From the human T2T-CHM13v2.0 reference genome, Homo sapiens: 64,000 nucleotides of DNA. The DNA is taken from the NCBI RefSeq assembly GCF_009914755.1, contig NC_060938.1; one strand, written 5' to 3'. The notes beneath the pieces are model-generated. The model was given only the letters and a program-made list of their open reading frames with translations. It did not search any database and had not been told where the DNA came from. Position 1 is the first letter of the stretch. Each line of letters begins with the position of its first letter. This document shows positions 55,409 through 64,000 of the stretch, in pieces. Position numbers and translations under genes: made by a program.

Positions 55409-55939
55409 TTCATTCACATTTTCTCAGTTGCAAGGTACACAGGGCATCCAGACTAGGGGGACTGTTTTTATTTTAGTCGACCCAGTCCTGACATGAGGTC
55501 TGCAGCCTCCACCTCTGCTTCTGAGCCACGAGGTTTGTGGGAGATGGAACAGCTTCTCTGACCAGATCTCCACGAGATTGCTGGGGAAGGGGGAGGTGGC
55601 AATCAGTCTTCACAGTGCTGAGCCTTTTTTTCTAAAAGAAACAGGGAAATTGCAATTGAGAAAATGTGAAGAAAGTCAGCCTTTCTCCTTAGATTCCATC
55701 ATCCTGAACACCTGGAAAGATGTCTCAAAAAGAGGAAAGATTTTCCCTGCTATCTAGACACAATATCTGATAATGAGCCACTGAAAACACATCTGTACTG
55801 CTTTGATCAGACCCTGAAACAACAGCTAACAACTGTTGCTCCTTCCAAAAGAGCCAAAATAATGTTTGTCATATGAATATCTGAGCCTTTAAACAGAATG
55901 TCAGTGGCAGTTTACAACTTTTAATTAAATTGCACTTCC

Positions 55940-56370
55940 TTTCAACACTGAAACATCTTTTTTAAATGTACTAATTACAAAAAGTGATATATTCTTATAA
56001 AAAATTTAATCAGTACAGCTATGAATAAAGTAGAAAGATACAGTCTTTAAGCTCTCCCATCTCCGAAGACAACCACTGTAAATGTTTACGTGTATATCCC
56101 TTGAGAATGTTTTTATGCATATATATTAGTTTTAAGTAAAACAGCAAGAATGTGTTTGCTGCATTTCTTTATTTTAATGAAAACTTCAAAAACACCTCAA
56201 TGTCCATCAGTAAGAAAATAGTAAATTAAATTCTAGGACATCCATACAGTGGAATACCTTGCAGCTACTAAAAGAAAGCAAGAGATCTATATGCACTGAC
56301 AATGAAGGATGTCCACGGTATATTTTTAAATGAGAAAAGCAAGTTGTAGAACAATAAATTGCATTCCAAA
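55940..56370. mobile_element. Two L1ME-type fragments in opposite orientations
   Basis: gacaaccactgtaaatg (antisense); aatgtccatcag...atccatacagtggaatac (sense). Confidence 0.55.
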
Positions 56371-56463
56371 TCTTAAACATTTGCCTGTGCCTTCAGCCCA
56401 CTGCACATTCTTCTTATCTCATTAATCATGATACCTCATTTTTCATTATTTGTTTTGGGTGAA

Positions 56464-57186
56464 TGCAACAGTTATCACGTATTGTCTTTTAGCTACCAAT
56501 CCAGCTGTCTTTGCCCTGCTTTGTGATACTGGAACTGGACCCTGTAAACATTTCTCCTATGCCTGCTGCCTGGCCATGGCAAGGGAAGGAGCTTCTATTT
56601 CCAATTCTGTTGTGCTTTTGTTCCTAGCAGAACAGCTTCCAGAGGACCAGTATGCCAGAGGCCAAAAGCGCTCACTCTCTGAGTTTTTCTGCCACTCACT
56701 CCATAGGCTGCTTCATGGAAACAAGCTCTGACCCACTGGCACTCTACTGTGAAGTTCTTGGTTACCATTATACTGGCCCTGTGGACTAGCTCCAGACAAC
56801 CCCACCCTTTAGTGAGCTGTTCCTACAAACTAGCCCTAGCCTGAGCCCTCTGGAAGATTTCTTCACTGCCACCAGGTTGCATGGTCTCGTGGTAACAAAT
56901 ACCTCTTCATCAAGTTCTGAAGCTTAACTTCATGAATATATGTGGGGGTGGAGACTGGATCTCCTAAGTTTTTTGTGTGTGTTCTCTCCCTCAGCTCTAG
57001 AAATAGTGGCTTCTCTTGCTGAATTTGGTATTCCTAATTCCACAGTGCCTTTTCTTTACCTCTTCTAGTAGTTAACCACGTGTTAGTAGTTAACCACGTG
57101 TTAGTAGTTAATAATTTTTACATTAACTTTTCCCTGTTCAAATTACTGGTGTGGTTTCTGCCTTCTCACTATACCCTGACAGATAT
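56464..57186 (+). mobile_element. LTR41-like ERVL LTR
   Basis: gtattgtcttttagct...ccctgtaaacatttctcct 5' part; ccctgttcaaattactggtgtggtttctg 3' end. Confidence 0.6.
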
Positions 57187-57875
57187 GCTCAATATAAGTA
57201 AACAGAAGAAGAAATTCCAAAACACCAAGCATTCACTTCATGTAGTACGAAGATGAGTCTTTGGGAAAATTATGACTAGAAAATTGTTTGGCAGTTTGGA
57301 GACAAGAGTTAAAAGGCAAGTCTTGGCCTTTACAACTCAAGCATCCATTAAGCTGCCCCTCACCTTCTGTTTAAATCAATGGGCCACAGGTAAAATGGAT
57401 CCCTCTCAGACTTATGAATAGAGGTAGTGTGATTTTAGGTGTCAACTTGACTGGATTATGCAAAACCTAGAGAGCTGGCAAAGCATTATTTCTGAGTGTG
57501 CCTGTGAGGATGTTTCTAGAGGAGATTGGCATGTGAGCTGGTAGACTGAGTGGGAAAGATCTGCTCTCAGTGTGGACAGGCATCCAATCATCTGGGGGCC
57601 CAGTTAGAACAAACAGGCAGAGGAATGGTGAGTTCCTTCTTTCTCTCTCCTGGAGCTGGAACATCCTTCTTCTCTTGCCCTTGGACATCAGAACTCCAGG
57701 CTCTCTGGCCTTTTGCCTGTAGAACTTGCACCAAGGGCCTCCCCATGTTCTCAGGCCTTCAGCCTCAGACTGAGGGTTACATCATCAGCTTCCCTGGTTC
57801 TGAGGCTTTCAGACTTAGACTGAGCCATGCTGCAGGCATGCCGGACTCTCCAGCTTGCAAATGGCTTATCATAGG

Positions 57876-58245
57876 TGATATGATTTGGCTGTGTCCCCAC
57901 CCAAATCTCATCTTGAACTGTAACTCCCACAATTCTCACCTGTCATGGGAAGAACCTGGTGGGAGGTGATTGAATTATGGGGGCGGGTGGTTCCTGAGCT
58001 GTTCTCATAATAGTGAGTGAATCTCACAAGATCTGATGATTTTAAAAATAGAAGTTTCTCTGCACAAGCTCTCTCTTTGCCTGCTGCCATACACATAAGA
58101 TGGGACTTGCCCCTCCTTGCCTTCCACCATGATTGTGAGGCCTTTCCAGCCACATGGAACTCGGAGTCCAATTAAGCCTCTTTCTTTTGTAAATTTTCAA
58201 GTCTCGGGTATGTCTTTATCAGCAGTGTAAAAGCAGATGAATACA
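57876..58245 (+). mobile_element. THE1B-like MaLR solo LTR
   Basis: tgatatgatttggctgtgtccccacccaaatctcatc...gtctttatcagcag...aataca; TSD ATAGG/GTAGG. Confidence 0.93.
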
Positions 58246-58299
58246 GTAGGGCTTCTCAGCCTCCATAATTGCATGAGCCAATTCCCCTAGTAAGCCTCT

Positions 58300-58315
58300 T
58301 ATCTATCTATTATCC

Positions 58316-58356
<41 letters not shown>

Positions 58357-58368
58357 CCTATCTATATC
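58300..58368. repeat. (TCTA)n tetranucleotide STR
   Basis: Seen directly. Confidence 0.95.
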
Positions 58369-59297
58369 GATCCATATCCCATTGACACTGTCTCTCTGGA
58401 GAGCCCTGACTAATAGAGAGAGTAAAAATAGGAAAGGCTTGGTGGAGGGCCAGCCCCATGGGATTTGTATCTGTTGAGAAGTCAGGAAGGAGCTCGAGTT
58501 GATTCAGATAAGCTCATGGGTATGATGGACATTTTCTTTCCCACAACCTCCTGAAAATATGGAGAGTCCTGTCCTAGTTTTGGGGAATGACTTTGTGAGG
58601 AAAAACAACAAAAGGGGCTGGGATAGCCACACAGAATAGTCAGATTTAATGGTTAATGGCTCATGAGTGAGTGCTGATGACAGGATGAGGAGGTGGGCTA
58701 GAAGATCAACTGAGGCAGTTCTCAACTTGGTGGGGCAAGAAATGAAATACAGTGAAAATCAGGTGATCCACAAGCGGTGACTTTTCTCCCCTGGGTTCCC
58801 CAGCACTAGAAACAGGCTGGGAAGGGAGACTAGGGGGTTCCTGGCCAGGGGCTTTACTCCTGTCCACACAGTCCCTGCACATGGGATTCATTCCCTCATC
58901 ACAGGAGCCACCAGCCCCCCATCTTTATCATATTCTCTGTATCATCTCTTTACCCTTCTCCCTCTCCAAGCCCAAAACTTTAACCCAGGGGATGAGAACC
59001 AATCATTCTTCATGATGTACTTTTCCAAATCCTTCAGTTTTCCTCATATTTGAAAAGCTAAAAATCTGACCCTTTTGTTCTGTGGGTTCACTGTAACCGT
59101 CCCCTCGTCCCCCACACCCCAGATGATGGCACCTGTCATCAGACAGCCTGTTGGAGACTCATGGGACAACAAGAGACAATAGATAGAAATTATCCAACAG
59201 TTTGGGTAAATAAGTATGCTTCGTAATTAAGCAGCAAACCAATATACTGAGATGTGAATATAAAATAAATAGGAAAAACTAACAAAATAAAGATGTA

Positions 59298-59992
<695 letters not shown>

Positions 59993-60428
59993 TTTAAAAT
60001 GATAATGGTACGGAAAAAATTGTGTTTCAATGGAAAATCATTTATTGTCTAGATAACCCATGCAATTATCTGATTCTCAACTTTTATTATTTTTGAGATA
60101 TTTGATAACTCTGTAACTTACAGGTAAGAGATAGACATGCAAATTCTGTCTAGTCTGGTAGAGGTTTGACTTCTCTCACTCCCTCTGTGAAGAAAAAAAA
60201 AAAAAAACAGTTTTGTTTCAACATTTCTTACTCCATGTAAATTTGTGCTGCTTGGCCTTCTTTATTTGAACTGGTAATTATCTCTGCCTGATCCTTCATG
60301 AATCAAATCTCTAGTATGTGTTCATTTCTACATCTGTATGACAGTCAAGATTATTTTTCCAAAAGTATCTTTTAGCATTGGTAAGAAGGTATGACCATGT
60401 ATTCAAAGATAGAACCATTTAAGCCAAG

Positions 60429-60828
60429 TGTGCTAGTGTTCTATGCAGCCATAACAAATCACCACAAACTTAGTGGCTTAACACAGCAGAAGACCAACAT
60501 GAGTCTCATGGGGCTGGAATCAAGGTGTCTGCACAGCTGAGGCCTTCTGGAAGCTCCAGGAGAGCCAATATTCCTTGGCTTGGGGCCTCATCACTCCAGT
60601 CTCTGCTTTCATCATCACAGTGTTTTCACCTCTCACTCTGACTCCTCCTGCCTGCCTTTTACAATGACTGTTGTGATTACATAGAGCTCACCCAAATAAC
60701 CTAGGATAATCTCCCCATTTCAAGAATCTTAACTAAATCACATCTACACAGTACTTTCTGCCATGTAAGGTAACATTCACAGGTTCTAGGGCCATGGACA
60801 TATTTGGGAGCCCATTTTTAAGGCTAGC
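60429..60828 (-). mobile_element. MLT1C/D-like MaLR solo LTR
   Basis: gccataacaaatcaccacaaacttagtggctta...ggataatctcccc...gccatgtaaggtaacattcacagg. Confidence 0.88.
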
Positions 60829-60899
60829 ATATTAAGAAAAAGCAGGAACTAGAAAATTAAAAGGCTGAGAAAATACAAAAAAATTTTGTAGGGCTCTTC

Positions 60900-61320
60900 A
60901 TCTAAGGCTTTTTTTAAGTTGTAAATAAAGGAATTATCAAACAAATTATAATATATATCTATAACTGAAATATTAAGACAGTTATAACAAACGGTTTGTA
61001 TTGCATATTGACAATACATTTCATGGCAGAGAAAAATTTTTAAGATACTGTAAATAACAAAAGCAATATAAACAGTGTCACTCCACTTGTGTACATTGAA
61101 AAAAGAATATTATACATTAGAATTTGTGGCTAAATGGATTCAAGGCGTACCACAAACTGCTATGATGTGTGGTTATCTCTGGAGGGGAATGTGGGATCAA
61201 GCAGGGGCATGAAGGGGAACTTTCACTTTGTATTTATGTACTTGGGAATTATTTTGAATGTTTATAATATTGTATTTTACATTGCATATAATTGTTTTTT
61301 AATCACAGTAATGAAAATGT
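60900..61320 (+). mobile_element. L1ME-type 3' UTR fragment
   Basis: gtggttatctctggagggg...gaaggggaactttcactt. Confidence 0.5.
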
Positions 61321-63399
61321 TAAGGACAAACCAGAAGGGGCAAAAATCCCTTCCCTTCCTCTTACAACAGTCCTTTTCTGGCCCCTCTAAGAAGCTAAGT
61401 GCATTAGTGAGCAAAGAAATGATCGTATCATGCTGGGACGAAATGGAAGAGGAAGGACAAGCACAGGTGAGTGGTCTCTCACCAGAGGTGAGCACATGTT
61501 TGCTCAGCTATTGGGCTACAAAAAAAACTGCTGTAATCCACAGGTAGGAGGCCCCTTGTTAAGTCCCATTCCTCTGAACTTTTTTCTTCTGCAGGCAAAC
61601 TCTGAACTGAGCAGGCACCCTGGATGCTGTCAGAACATTCTACGGTGTCCATGTGGATCATTTCTTTCTTTGATATCCTGCCACTGTAAGCTGGGTCCTA
61701 ATTAGCAGCCAGGATGTAACATAACATAAGTTCTAGAAATATGCAGTTTCTGCAAGCAGCCGGCTTCCCTCTTATTATGTTAATAATGAAGATATTCCCC
61801 GTGGTACCTTGGGATGGCGTATCTGATAAAAACCAGCAGAACAACTGCATGTTCCAGACATTCATGCTGAATAAACAGAACAAGCAGAGATGGTAACAGC
61901 TCTGACACAAACTTTCACAGGAATACAAATTTGTAAAACTGCCATTTAAAATCCCCTTGTGTTTGTTCCATTAACTGAGCATACTTTGCTCCACCAAACA
62001 TCCAAGACTAAAACGGTACCTAAATGGGGCACAGATTAGATTTTCCCTCAGCACCTGAGGCTAGTGGAAGCCCGGGTAGCTTGCTTTTACATTGCTTGAC
62101 CTAGTTCGAGGATCATAGTACTGTTTAGTAAGGGCAGAATCGCTGGTCCCACTAAAAATCTGGAAACAAGGCCCTGGTCTCAATTGGCTTGTGCATTTAT
62201 TGAGCCCTGTGGTGTCTGTGCCAGGTGCTAATGGAATCATGGCTCTTGTGCCTCATGATGGTGTTCCAAGCTCCTTTTTTAAGTTTGAAGACCCACTTAT
62301 ACATGGAAATATTATGGATCCCTGTGGGATTAAAACACGATCTATTTCTAGCATTTATTGATTTAATAAATATACATTGAAAGAATCAATTATGAGTTTA
62401 ACAACACTTTAAATTTGCATCTTATAATCCAAACAACATTTACATATATTTGAATATATATATATGCCTTAATAAAATTATTTATCTATTCCACAGACCA
62501 CAGATCCAGGGTTCTCTTGCAATATTTCCTTAGCCATTGCTCCAGGAGTCCTCAGTCTGTAATTTAGGAATCATTACTATAGAGTATACAAAAACGAATA
62601 CTCCCTTTTGTTTTGGTTTGTGCCTTTACAGACCTTATTTCTAAAATGACTGCAGTCAGGGAAGACTAAAGAGAGCGAGCTGATGGAAGACTAGTGGAAG
62701 CCATGGCAGAGGGGGTGGAGAGAAAGCCAACAGAATGGGAGAGATGATAAGGAAGAACAATTGTAGGAGTTGGTGACTGCCCCAGCTGTGGGTGTGAGGT
62801 AGAGCGAGGGCCTCAATGAGATGTCCCAGGCTCTGTTGTTATCTAAATGTTGGGGTCCTTCACCAAAACAAGGCCACAGGCAGAGTCAATCTACATGACT
62901 CCCTGGACATTTCTTTTTCTGAGCTCTCCAGAATGATCCCTGCTCACAACTGGGGATGATACCTTAAGTGCATTTGTAGCTACAATGAAGGACCCATTTT
63001 GCTATTACCCAAAAATGAGTCAATTTCAACTCTATTAATATCCAGGGAATTTCAGCATATCACAGGATCCTGGGAGGAATTATCTTCATCTGAAGCCTCC
63101 TGTCAAGGATAATTTAGTGTTTACACTGAATTCATGGACTGTCCTGTTCTCTGCTTTCTAGCAACACCAATGTCTTATTTGTAGGTGAAGGATGACAAAG
63201 GCAATTTCTCTGGGCACTTTGCTTTACTGTTTGCTTGGAGGCCACAGAAAAGTGGCCAGGGGGGTAATTACGATCACCTTCAGGTTGTGAACTCTACTGA
63301 CTGTAGAAGAAATGATGATTATATTTATAATTCTAAGTATAACTGGATTACTGGATCTCTTACAACTACCAGGCACTGGGCTACACACTTTATATTTTT

Positions 63400-63690
63400 T
63401 AGCTCAAATATCACCTCCTTGGAGAATCCTTCCATAGCATTCCCCCTCTCCACTTCCTCCCCATTATTCTCTATATATCCATGAGTTTCATTTTCTGCAT
63501 AGCACTTCTTATACTCTTATAATTAACTTATTGTCTGATTCCTTCATATGTCATCTCCATCCAACTCTAGTCAGTCATCTCCATAATTGGTGGCAGAACT
63601 TCTTCATCAACCTCTCTGTTCCCAGTGCCAAGAGCTTGGCATCCAATCAGTAACTTTCTTTTTTCATTTAATTGATAAATGATTGGATTT
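63400..63690 (+). mobile_element. L2 3' fragment
   Basis: agctcaaatatcacctccttggagaatccttcc...catagcactt...cccagtgcc. Confidence 0.7.
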
Positions 63691-64000
63691 AAACCTTTCA
63701 CGAGTTGTGAGTTAGGTACTAGTCCTAACTCAACATCATCTCAGTCAAAAACCATCAGTTTTTTAACTCAACATCATCTCAATCAAAAACCATCAGTGTG
63801 TTAGAGTTCATTTCCCTTAACAGTGAAAGAAAGGTGCAGGGGAGATGAGATAGAAGAATAAAAAAACAAATGCATTTATATGTTGATTTGTGGGTGTCAG
63901 CGTGTGTATACGTGTATTTATATATTATTTTGATAGTGGCTTTGGTGAAGTTGATACAGGTACAAAAACTGAGTTTGGGAATAAATTGCATCTGAATTGC

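Larger units (their letters stand above)
57428..58415 (+). mobile_element. MLT2B-like ERVL LTR split by THE1B
   Basis: ttttaggtgtcaacttgactggatt...cccttggacatcagaactccagg...ctggagagccctgactaata. Confidence 0.9.

Overview
Repeat-rich, non-coding primate genomic DNA, most likely hominoid or human given AluJ/S/Y elements and an ERV9 LTR12 solo LTR. I find no protein-coding gene, RNA gene, processed pseudogene or CRISPR array, and I cannot name the locus. Nearly all supplied ORFs are translations of Alu, L1, LTR or microsatellite sequence. Most of the window is a layered fossil record of transposons: Alu, MIR, L1, L2, L3/CR1, MaLR, ERVL, ERV1, and hAT/Tigger DNA elements. These include a decayed ERVL pol (RNase H, integrase, dUTPase) at about 28.8-30.3 kb and a two-LTR MLT1 MaLR at about 15.5-17.6 kb. 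The most interesting signals all face the minus strand. (1) A CCAAT + GC-box promoter followed by a splice donor lies in unique DNA at about 10.2-10.36 kb. (2) An LTR12C-type solo LTR (52535-53959, GTTC target-site duplication) retains its promoter motifs but appears to have lost its R-region poly(A) signal. (3) Several well-formed candidate exons lie downstream of that LTR. Together these suggest, but do not prove, an LTR-driven spliced transcript running toward the 10.3-kb promoter. Repeat family names come from my recollection of consensus sequences, and boundaries of old elements are approximate. Exon calls rest on splice motifs only.
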